Counted from the first letter of the stretch, positions 9,813-17,668 are shown. The stretch is DNA of 64,000 nt from Pseudomonadales bacterium (GCA_029210125.1 JARGPR010000001.1:326812-390811); one strand, 5' to 3'. The notes: generated by a model from the letters alone, not told the origin. Numbers and translations: made by a program.

Positions 9813-10149
9813 AGGTATAGATTCCTTTATTTGATTATCCCTGATATAGAAATGATTATGGGCTACGCGTTATTTATTGTTGTTATTAGCTAAATCCGGT
9901 GCCATCTCCCAGTACTTGAATGAGTACCTGGATATGCCTGCCAAAAGAATAAACACCCCATACTCAGATGTCCATACAGGCCATATTTGTATGTGCCGGG
10001 TATTGATCAAGGTCAATTTACGCAAATACTCGTGAGCTGCGTGATCTTGGGCTGGAGGCTCCCATCAGCCCGTTGCATAGTCCGACGCCTTGTTTTCCCT
10101 TACACTGGTTGGCCATCAAGCCCAAATAACAATAACAGGGAGTTACCCA

Positions 10150-10923
10150 ATGAGTGACGAACAACCGCTAATACTGACCCGTGAAGATCACCTCCTAACC
10201 ATAGAAATAAACCGGCCACCGGCCAATGCCATGAACCTGGCGGCATTCTGTGCGCTGGAAAAAGCGCTAGATGAAGCTGAAAACGAGCGCAACGTACGGG
10301 TGATTATTCTTACCGGCAGTGGCGTCAAAGGCTTTTCAGCGGGTATGGATCTGTCCGATCGATCCGGCGCTGATGTTGTCACCCTTAAAGCCCAGTCCGT
10401 CTGTAACCGGATCGAAGCGATGTCGAAACCCGTGATCGCAGCCATCAACGGCTACGCGCTGGGCGGCGGTTGTGAAATCGCAATCTCCTGTCACTATCGA
10501 TTTATGGTCGATGCAGAAAAAGCCATTATTGGCCTACCAGAAACAGAACTGGGCGTAATGCCTGTTTGGGGCGGAACCCAACGCCTGCCACGACTTGTCG
10601 GGCGCTCCAAAGCCACCGAGATGATCATCCTCAGTCAGCGCATTGGCGCACAGCAAGCTAGTAACATTGGTTTGGTAGACAAGGTATGTAGCCGCGAAAC
10701 ACTAATGTCAGACGTCCGCGAATTTGCAAATGCGCTAGCAGCACGGCCACCCCTGGCGGTTCAAGCCATAATGCGCTCCATTCACACCGGTATCAATCAA
10801 GGCATAGCTGCCGGACTACAACAGGAGCTAGATCAGGTCAAAACCCTCAGCGGAAGTAAAGATGCATTTGAAGGGAAAACCGCATTTTTCGAGAAAAGAA
10901 AACCGGTGTTTACTGGGGAATAG
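10150..10923 (+). CDS. Enoyl-CoA hydratase/isomerase (crotonase family)
   Basis: Crotonase blocks (FSAGMDL, INGYALGGGCE.A, E..LG..P..GGTQRL). AGGGAG lies 7 nt before the ATG at 10150. Confidence 0.85.
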   Translation: MSDEQPLILTREDHLLTIEINRPPANAMNLAAFCALEKALDEAENERNVRVIILTGSGVKGFSAGMDLSDRSGADVVTLKAQSVCNRIEAMSKPVIAAINGYALGGGCEIAISCHYRFMVDAEKAIIGLPETELGVMPVWGGTQRLPRLVGRSKATEMIILSQRIGAQQASNIGLVDKVCSRETLMSDVREFANALAARPPLAVQAIMRSIHTGINQGIAAGLQQELDQVKTLSGSKDAFEGKTAFFEKRKPVFTGE

Positions 10924-11208
10924 CGTATTCCTGGTTGGTGTGTTGCTCGATCCGGTGGGTGGTGGTTTATGGATTGGGATTATCGAGGCACTGGTTAGAT
11001 ACCGGGTTGTAAATATTCCCATATTTCGAGAGTTGGACTGACAGCAAACCACCAGAATGGTTATTCCATGTTTATATGTTTAATATCACAATACATGGAA
11101 AACCGATCCACCTATATCACCCCAATACGTGGAAAATCGTTTCCGCTTATTAACACTGTTATGAAAATAATATTTAAATTTACCAATATAATACTTAGGA
11201 GATATAAG

Positions 11209-11532
11209 ATGTTTAAAATTCGGACGTTATTAGGGGCTTGTGCATTGCTAGTTTCAAGTCATTCATTTGCTTGGGTTTCAGGAAGCGGAATGACAGTGGA
11301 GCAAGTGATGGTTCATGAAGAAGGTATTGGAAGAGATTACTTTGTCGCTTACTTCAAAAAAGACACAACAATATTCCGCTGTTACGTTAGCAATACTGAA
11401 ACTAGTACAATTTCTCTTATTTTGGCAATGCATATGTCAAAAACACCCGCCCAGGTTCATTGTCACGATAGCGATATGGCCATCGGGAGTTTCAGTGCTC
11501 ACAAACTTCATCGAATAATTACAAACATTTAG
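11209..11532 (+). CDS. Small secreted hypothetical protein
   Basis: AGGAG plus 8 nt precedes the ATG. Signal peptide MFKIRTLLGACALLVSSHSFA. First gene of the AT-rich islet. No family recognised. Confidence 0.4.
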   Translation: MFKIRTLLGACALLVSSHSFAWVSGSGMTVEQVMVHEEGIGRDYFVAYFKKDTTIFRCYVSNTETSTISLILAMHMSKTPAQVHCHDSDMAIGSFSAHKLHRIITNI

Positions 11533-11589
11533 TCTAATTTGCGTGGTATTCATAACAATGTGTTGCAAACGACATTTTCTGCTCCGCCG

Positions 11590-11790
11590 TTTTTGGTGTA
11601 TTCGCTTCGCTCAGTTTACACCAAAAAAAGCTCCACAAAAAATGCGTCTGAACACGGCGTTGAGGTGCGCTTCGTTCAACAGCGTCGGTACCCGAAAAAC
11701 AACAAGGGGTTCGAAGAGACCAACTGGAGTGTTATACCTAAAAAACAGGTACAACACTCCAGTTGGCACCTCAACGCCGGGCCGTTATGT
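11590..11790 (+). repeat. Highly structured non-coding element (three nested or adjacent inverted repeats)
   Basis: Three pairings: 11590-11600/11617-11627 (11 bp), 11655-11667/11767-11779 (13 bp, perfect), and 11720-11739/11747-11766 (20 bp, one mismatch, 7-nt loop). CATAAC (11551-56) and GTTATG (11784-89) bracket the element. Confidence 0.55.
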
Positions 11791-11805
11791 TTTCAAGGAG
11801 ATATC

Positions 11806-13551
11806 GTGCAAATAATCAAGAAGTCCCTTGATGTCTTTTTTGCAGGTGACATGCAGGTTGCGGTAGTGAAAGGGAAGTGGGGAGTCGGCAAAACGTATTT
11901 TTGGAATGCATACATTAAAGATTACATAAAGTCATCCCAATGTGAGCAAGTTGCATATAGCTACATATCTCTCTTTGGTAAAACAAGCCTTAAAGATGTA
12001 AAGCAATCTATTTTTCATTCGTCAAAGCCAATAAAGTCGGAAAGCGTAGTTGATGATAGTTTTGATAGCTCTTTTGAAGAAGAAAGCAAAATATTTAATC
12101 GCCTTCCGTGGATACGAGATGCTGTAGATAGGTCTAAAAGAAATGCACCACTTCTCAGTTGGCTAACTAAATTCTCAAAAGATGCCCCATTCTTGAAGCA
12201 ATACTCAACGCTTATTGCGTCCATGGAATATGGAATGGTTTGTAATTATGTGGTCTGTATAGATGACATTGAAAGGAAGAGTGAGGCACTTACAGTTAAA
12301 GAAGTCATGGGGCTGGTGGATGAGCTCGCCCAAAGAAAATCATGTAAGGTTATTCTCGTATTTAATGAGAAGTCACTTGATAGTGATAAAGACAAAGAAG
12401 ATTTCAACAAGTACAGAGAAAAGGTTGTAGATATAGAGCTTAACTACGATCCACCGTATGATGAGAATTTACAATGTGTAATTTCATCAGACTCGGCGTA
12501 TTACCTAAAAGTACTAGGGTTAACAAAAGAACTAAATATTAAAAATATACGTGTAATAAAGAAAATAAAGTGGGTTATTGATGAATTCTGGGGAATTGTA
12601 AAAGAACAAGAACAAAGGCTTATCGATGAATGGCTAACGCATGTTGTATTGTTTTGTTGGTCATACTATAAATCTGACGATGCTCTTCCTTTTGAGTTTA
12701 TTCAGGAACAGTTGCATGGAAATTCTTGGCTTTCGATATTGTCTGATGAAGAAAAGGAGGAAGATGAGAATACAAAAAAATATAAGTCAATTGCGACAAA
12801 CTTATCTCTTGGAAGTGCCATATATGATGAAGAGATTATAGCAATATTAAATCATGGTTTTTTCGATAAGGAAATGTTAAAAGAAAAAATATCCAAGATT
12901 TCTAGAGATATAGAATCTGATATTACAAGAGAGGCACTTTCCAAAGCATGGGATATCTATTCAGACTCATTTAAAGATAACCTTGAAGAATTCAAGTCAG
13001 AACTTCGAACTATAATAAATAGCGATATTGATAAAATAAACTTAAATGATTTTTCTTCTGCAATTGATGTGTTAGAGGAGTACGGAGAAGATGTAACGGA
13101 ATATATCGAAGAATACGTCAAAGTACATGTGGATACGCTAAAAAATATCGACCCAAGAGACTCTTGGGGCATAAGGAGAATTAGACACGCAGGTTTGATC
13201 GAAAAAATCGATAACTTACGAGAGCAATCAAAAAGCATGACTATCGACGAAGTCGCTTTAAAAATTGCCATAAATAGTGGATGGAACCCTGAAGATATTG
13301 AGTTCCTAGGATCATTGAGTATAGAAGATTATTTTAAATGGATGATGAGTGGTCCAGAGGATATAACCACAAAAATAAGAGGTGGCCTTCTAACATTTAG
13401 GAACCTCCAAACATCAAGCGAAGAAGATCGCATCAAATATGTAAGAATAACCACGAATGTCGTTGAGGCGCTTAAGAAAGTAGCAGCAACAAACGATCTT
13501 AATAGAAAGCGCGTCAAGTATATATATGAAGTGGACACAGAGAAAACATAA
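11806..13551 (+). CDS. KAP-family P-loop NTPase
   Basis: Walker A GKWGVGKTYFW and Walker B VVCIDDIERK fit the KAP pattern GxWGxGK[ST] / DDLDR. AGGAG plus 5 nt precedes the GTG at 11806. The upstream 267 nt of the track ORF is the structured repeat. Confidence 0.7.
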   Translation: MQIIKKSLDVFFAGDMQVAVVKGKWGVGKTYFWNAYIKDYIKSSQCEQVAYSYISLFGKTSLKDVKQSIFHSSKPIKSESVVDDSFDSSFEEESKIFNRLPWIRDAVDRSKRNAPLLSWLTKFSKDAPFLKQYSTLIASMEYGMVCNYVVCIDDIERKSEALTVKEVMGLVDELAQRKSCKVILVFNEKSLDSDKDKEDFNKYREKVVDIELNYDPPYDENLQCVISSDSAYYLKVLGLTKELNIKNIRVIKKIKWVIDEFWGIVKEQEQRLIDEWLTHVVLFCWSYYKSDDALPFEFIQEQLHGNSWLSILSDEEKEEDENTKKYKSIATNLSLGSAIYDEEIIAILNHGFFDKEMLKEKISKISRDIESDITREALSKAWDIYSDSFKDNLEEFKSELRTIINSDIDKINLNDFSSAIDVLEEYGEDVTEYIEEYVKVHVDTLKNIDPRDSWGIRRIRHAGLIEKIDNLREQSKSMTIDEVALKIAINSGWNPEDIEFLGSLSIEDYFKWMMSGPEDITTKIRGGLLTFRNLQTSSEEDRIKYVRITTNVVEALKKVAATNDLNRKRVKYIYEVDTEKT

Positions 13552-13632
13552 CTATTACATACACTCGGACAGTAAAAAGCGCCGCTCGTTCCTCGCTCTG
13601 CTTTTCACTGCCGGTGATGTAGAGCGTTAGTC
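13546..13632 (+). repeat. attC-like imperfect palindrome (candidate integron cassette recombination site)
   Basis: ACATAAC (contains the KAP stop codon), 4 nt, arm 13557-13580 pairing with 13600-13620 (20 bp, three 1-nt bulges all on the 5' arm), 5 nt, then GTTAGTC. Confidence 0.45.
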
Positions 13633-13653
13633 GGCGCATATAAAAAAAATACA

Positions 13654-14418
13654 ATGAATAGCATAATTTTTAAATACATGCCGTTTAGAGAAGAATTTTT
13701 TGAGAATCGATGGTTAAGGTTTACTCCTCGACTATCGCTTAATGATCCATTTGAAGTTAGGCCTTCATTTTCACAACATGCCGAATTTGTACACCGAGTA
13801 AATGGATATGGTGATTCTGTTGAATCTGTGATTCAAGAAATGGAAAGAAATCAATGCCTAGTATTAAAGGGTATCGCGATTCAGGACTTCGATATTTATG
13901 GCATTCTTTCGCTGACGGAGAAAAATGACAATCTGCTAATGTGGTCGCACTATGCAAGCGAACATGCCGGAATGGTGATTGGGTTTGATTCTAACCATGA
14001 TTTCTTTGATGCTACAAAGTCTGAAAACCAATATTTGAGAGAATGCGCAAATGAATACATCGGTGTACTAAAAAGAGTAAAGTATTCGAAATATCGTAAT
14101 ATGTCCGGTCGTTCTCTAAATGAATACTTTTACCTAAAGTCGAATGATTGGTGGACCGAGCGAGAAATACGGTATGTGCTTCCTATTGCAGAGGCAGATG
14201 AAATAATACATACAGAAAATAACGAGACTATGGCATTCTATGTTGTTCCTCCAGACGCAATAGTTTCAATTACTTTGGGTATGCGGATGGAAGGAAAGTC
14301 AGCGGAATTGGTGAAAAGAATCATAAGAGATAGGTGTGAGCTATCTCACATTAAAATTTTTCAAACGAAAATGTGTAATGAAACATTTAACCTGGTCGTT
14401 GAGTCAATTCAGGCTTAG
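13654..14418 (+). CDS. DUF2971-family protein
   Basis: 254 aa. IFKYMPF..LRFT....LNDPFE, LMWSHYA..HAGMVIGF and W..EREIRY match the DUF2971 pattern as remembered. Confidence 0.6.
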   Translation: MNSIIFKYMPFREEFFENRWLRFTPRLSLNDPFEVRPSFSQHAEFVHRVNGYGDSVESVIQEMERNQCLVLKGIAIQDFDIYGILSLTEKNDNLLMWSHYASEHAGMVIGFDSNHDFFDATKSENQYLRECANEYIGVLKRVKYSKYRNMSGRSLNEYFYLKSNDWWTEREIRYVLPIAEADEIIHTENNETMAFYVVPPDAIVSITLGMRMEGKSAELVKRIIRDRCELSHIKIFQTKMCNETFNLVVESIQA

Positions 14419-14559
14419 TATCAAGTTTGAAGAAAAATGAGGTCAGGTCTTTCCATGCCACATTAGCTATGGTGTTTAGCCTAATGGGCGCTCCTAAGAT
14501 ATAGAGTATTTAGGCATAACAAAGCGGCTTCAGGCCGACAGTTTTTACGCGAGTGAAAC

Positions 14560-14901
14560 ATGAAAATCGTAAATATCGAAAATTCAGAACATTATAAATG
14601 GGGCGAAGACTCTGATGGTTGGCACCTACTTAAATCTGATGGTTTGAGCATTATTGAAGAAAATGTGCATCCTAATGAGAAAGAGGAACGACATTACCAT
14701 AATGATTCGCAGCAGTTCTTTTATGTATTGTCAGGTGTTGCCCACCTTGAAATGTCGGGTGATATATTTAAGGTTAGTGCTGGTAGTGGCATCCACGTTC
14801 CAAGAAAAAAGCCTCACCAATTAATGAATAATGGCACCGTGAACTTACGTTTCTTAGTTATATCTCAGCCAAAAAGTCATGGCGATAGAGTAAACGTATA
14901 A
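14560..14901 (+). CDS. Cupin-domain protein
   Basis: 113 aa. Metal-binding motif region E.HYH...Q.FYVLSG and P...PHQL.N. The stop TAA lies inside GTATAAC. Confidence 0.7.
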   Translation: MKIVNIENSEHYKWGEDSDGWHLLKSDGLSIIEENVHPNEKEERHYHNDSQQFFYVLSGVAHLEMSGDIFKVSAGSGIHVPRKKPHQLMNNGTVNLRFLVISQPKSHGDRVNV

Positions 14902-14939
14902 CAAGCGACAGTGATTTAAAACAACCCATTTCCCTGCAA

Positions 14940-15195
14940 TTATTGATTCATTTGCCACTCCTGTTTGTTGCGAACCATTGTGTTTAATATCGTTTTTTGT
15001 GCGATGGGCTTCTTGAAGAATTCATCAAATTAAACCTAACAGACGCCACACCTCCAAAACCCGCTGAGCGGCGCGTTATTCTTCTCATCAGCGTGGCTAC
15101 CAAATGCTATCGCATTCCAGTTAGCTACAGCATGTAACGTTTCAGAGGTGCTTTCTCTGAGCGACCGCTTTCCCAGACCGTACAGGCTTGATATG
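14940..15195 (-). mobile_element. IS110-family transposase 3' remnant (decayed, with stops)
   Basis: The reverse strand reads ..FDEFFKKPIAQKTILNTMVRNKQEWQMNQ*. This is colinear with the C-terminus of the IS110 copy at 28.3-29.3 kb (..TILNKMVRNDQEWQMNH). Weaker ESG..R..YM similarity lies further upstream. Confidence 0.55.
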
Positions 15196-15296
15196 AGCCG
15201 AACGATGGCTTAATCAATCCACTACGGTTGCCCTTGCCTTGGGAGTGATTTAACCTTTTCACAAATACTCAATCTAATAACAATAAGGAGATGTAT

Positions 15297-16487
15297 ATGG
15301 ATATTGCTTATAACCCGGAATATGAAGCGTTTAGAGTTGAAGTGCAGCGGTTTCTCGAAGAGAACAAAAGCAAAGCACCGGCGGGGCATCGCGGTCGCGG
15401 TAGGCCCACGGCTGAAGAGCAGGCCTGGCAGCAACTGTTGATCAAACATGGTTATGCCGCACGTACCATACCTAAGGAATACGGTGGCTATGGCGCTGAA
15501 CCGGATATTCTTAAAAGCCATATCATCGCTGAAGAGTTCGCAATTGCAGGGGTAAAACCAGGTCATAATGGCGATGACCGTTTGGTGCCAGTTGTGCTTG
15601 AAATTGGTACCGAGGAGCAAAAGAAGGCTCTAATTGGGCCTACTATTCGGGGCGAAATGATGTGGTGTCAGGGCTATTCAGAACCTGGCTCCGGTTCTGA
15701 TTTAGCATCCCTTTCAACCAAAGGTGTGCTGGAAGGGGATCAGTGGGTGATCAATGGCCAGAAAATCTGGACCTCCGGTGCGCAACATGCGGACATGTGT
15801 TTTTGTCTGGTTAGAACAGAACCCGACGCGCCCAAGCACCAGGGTATCAGCTACCTTATTTTTCCGATGGATACACCGGGTATTGAAGTACGCCCACTGG
15901 TCACTATGACCGGCGAAGCGATTTTTAACGAAACATTTTTTACCGACGTGCGTATACCTGCGGATGGCATCATTGGAAAACGTGGTGAAGGGTGGTTTGT
16001 GGCGAACGCAACACTCAAGCATGAGCGCGGTAGTTTGGGTGATCCAAACCAGACCGAGCGTCGTTTCCGTTTGCTTGTTGATCTGATGAAAAATGAAAAG
16101 GTCGACGGCACACCATTAATCGAAATTCCAAGTTACCGTGATCGGCTATTACGATTGCAGGCCCGTGTATTCTCCATGAAATATAACGGCATGCGAATTC
16201 TCACCGCCTACGCAAAGGATGAGGAGCCAGGGTTGCCACGCTGGATCGTAAAGCTGCAGGGCTGCGAATTGAATCACCAGCTATCTGCACTGGCAATTGA
16301 TGCAATGGGCGAGCTGGGTGTGTTGTATGAAGACAGCCCCTATCTGCGCGATGAAGGGATGTGGCAACAAACCTACATGCTTGATCTTGGCTTGATCATT
16401 GGCGGTGGCACCGCGCAAATTCAAAAAAATATGATTGGTGAGCGGGCCCTCGGGTTACCTAAAGAACCAAAATACACACAGAATTAA
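15297..16487 (+). CDS. Acyl-CoA dehydrogenase family protein (candidate alpha subunit of a heteromeric ACAD)
   Basis: ACAD blocks (WCQGYSEPGSGSD, W.I.G.K.WTSGA). The C-terminal IIGGGTAQIQKNMIGERAL has G where MCAD-type enzymes carry the catalytic Glu. Confidence 0.85.
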   Translation: MDIAYNPEYEAFRVEVQRFLEENKSKAPAGHRGRGRPTAEEQAWQQLLIKHGYAARTIPKEYGGYGAEPDILKSHIIAEEFAIAGVKPGHNGDDRLVPVVLEIGTEEQKKALIGPTIRGEMMWCQGYSEPGSGSDLASLSTKGVLEGDQWVINGQKIWTSGAQHADMCFCLVRTEPDAPKHQGISYLIFPMDTPGIEVRPLVTMTGEAIFNETFFTDVRIPADGIIGKRGEGWFVANATLKHERGSLGDPNQTERRFRLLVDLMKNEKVDGTPLIEIPSYRDRLLRLQARVFSMKYNGMRILTAYAKDEEPGLPRWIVKLQGCELNHQLSALAIDAMGELGVLYEDSPYLRDEGMWQQTYMLDLGLIIGGGTAQIQKNMIGERALGLPKEPKYTQN

Positions 16488-16499
16488 GGAGGCGTTGTC

Positions 16500-17585
16500 A
16501 TGGAATTTTCATTAAGCGAAGAGCAAGTAATGTTGCAGGACAGCATCCGCCGGTATTTGGAGAGCAGCTGTTCATTGAACGAAGTACGTCAGGCCGTGGC
16601 CGACGGCATCACCCAACAAACCGATGTTTGGCAGGGAATTAGCGATTTGGGTATTTTGGGGATTATTATTCCCGAAGAGCTCGGTGGAGTAGGGCTGGGA
16701 TTTTTGGAGGCTGCACTGGTAGCCGAAGTGTTGGGCCGGGCCGTTGCTCCGGTACCCTTTATTGGCTCGGCGATTATGGCTCCCGTAGCGCTGTTAGCCG
16801 CAGGCGATGATCGTCAAAAAGAGACCTGGTTACCAAAAATTGCGGATGGCACAACGGTTTTTGGTGTTGGTGTGACGGAGCAAATTGGCCGTAGGGAAAC
16901 CGATGGCATTTTCTATTCTGGCGGCACTATCACCGGTAAAGCGATGTTCGTGGTGGATGGCGTCGACGCCGATATGCTGATCATTGCTGACGACGCCAGT
17001 ACTCTACATATTGTTGATGCCAACGCTTCTGGTGTTACTCGACAAAAACTAAAAACCATCGATAAAACCCGATCGGTAGCGGAAATTGTTTTCGAGTCTG
17101 TGGAAGCTGATCCGCTACCCGGCTCAAAAGGCAATCAAGAAGCGCTGCAGCAAACCATTAATGTTGGTCGCATCATGTTATCCGCCGATAGCCTTGGTGC
17201 ATCGGAAGTGATGATTGAACAAGCGGTGGCTTACGCAAAAGAACGCAAACAGTTTGACCGGGTGATTGGTTCATTCCAGGCCGTTAAACATATGTGCTCC
17301 GAAATGGCCGCAGAACTTGAGCCTTGTCGCTCATTGGTCTGGTACGCAGCCCATTCGGTTAACGATATGCCGGATGATACCCAGCTCATGGCATGTCACG
17401 CCAAAGCACACCTGTCAGAAATTGGTCGTTTTGTTGCAAAAACCGCCACAGAGGTCCACGGTGGTATGGGTTTTACCGATCTACTGGGTCTGCATTACTG
17501 GTTCAAGCGTATTGGTTTGGATCGCCAGTTACTGGGTTCGCCTGAACTGGTTCGTGAAGAGGCAGCGCTGGCGCAAGGCTGGTAA
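16500..17585 (+). CDS. Acyl-CoA dehydrogenase family protein (candidate beta subunit)
   Basis: 361 aa. ACAD fold motifs (FQAVKH, EVHGGMGFT). Starts 12 nt after the previous ACAD. The YEGT catalytic block is replaced by LLGSP. Confidence 0.8.
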   Translation: MEFSLSEEQVMLQDSIRRYLESSCSLNEVRQAVADGITQQTDVWQGISDLGILGIIIPEELGGVGLGFLEAALVAEVLGRAVAPVPFIGSAIMAPVALLAAGDDRQKETWLPKIADGTTVFGVGVTEQIGRRETDGIFYSGGTITGKAMFVVDGVDADMLIIADDASTLHIVDANASGVTRQKLKTIDKTRSVAEIVFESVEADPLPGSKGNQEALQQTINVGRIMLSADSLGASEVMIEQAVAYAKERKQFDRVIGSFQAVKHMCSEMAAELEPCRSLVWYAAHSVNDMPDDTQLMACHAKAHLSEIGRFVAKTATEVHGGMGFTDLLGLHYWFKRIGLDRQLLGSPELVREEAALAQGW

Positions 17586-17623
17586 TTCTTCTGTAGCTTT
17601 ATTCTTTATCCATTTGTATCTGT

Positions 17624-17668
17624 TTGACCGGTAGTCGTTTGTTCTGAACGGCTGCTGGTCAAGTTTTT
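17624..17668 (+). terminator. Rho-independent terminator of the ACAD pair
   Basis: 16-bp stem TTGACCGGTAGTCGTT / AACGGCTGCTGGTCAA. Its three mismatches are all G-U wobbles on the + RNA. GTTTTT follows. Confidence 0.6.

Noticed and set aside
11703-11722. GGGGTTCGAAG, reminiscent of a tRNA T-arm/T-loop
   Set aside because: There is no complementary CCCC 3' half, no acceptor or anticodon stem can be drawn, and it lies inside the larger inverted-repeat element. It is not a tRNA.
11539-11805. N-terminal 89 codons of the 670-aa track ORF
   Set aside because: This stretch is the inverted-repeat-rich non-coding element. The composition of the translated peptide is atypical, and a good AGGAG plus GTG start sits at 11806 just before the Walker A motif.
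14474-14520. Inverted repeat GTTTAGCCTAA-N23-TTAGGCATAAC between the DUF2971 and cupin genes, considered as an attC
   Set aside because: The polarity is GTT...AAC on both strands, the reverse of the R''(AAC)...R'(GTT) order needed for an attC. The adjacent ATAAC..GACAGT unit (14514-14548) is too short to be a complete site. It may be a junction or remnant, but I cannot call it.
15222-15620. 132-aa minus-strand ORF spanning the ACAD start
   Set aside because: It is antisense to the ACAD gene and runs into the IS110-remnant region, with no family resemblance.
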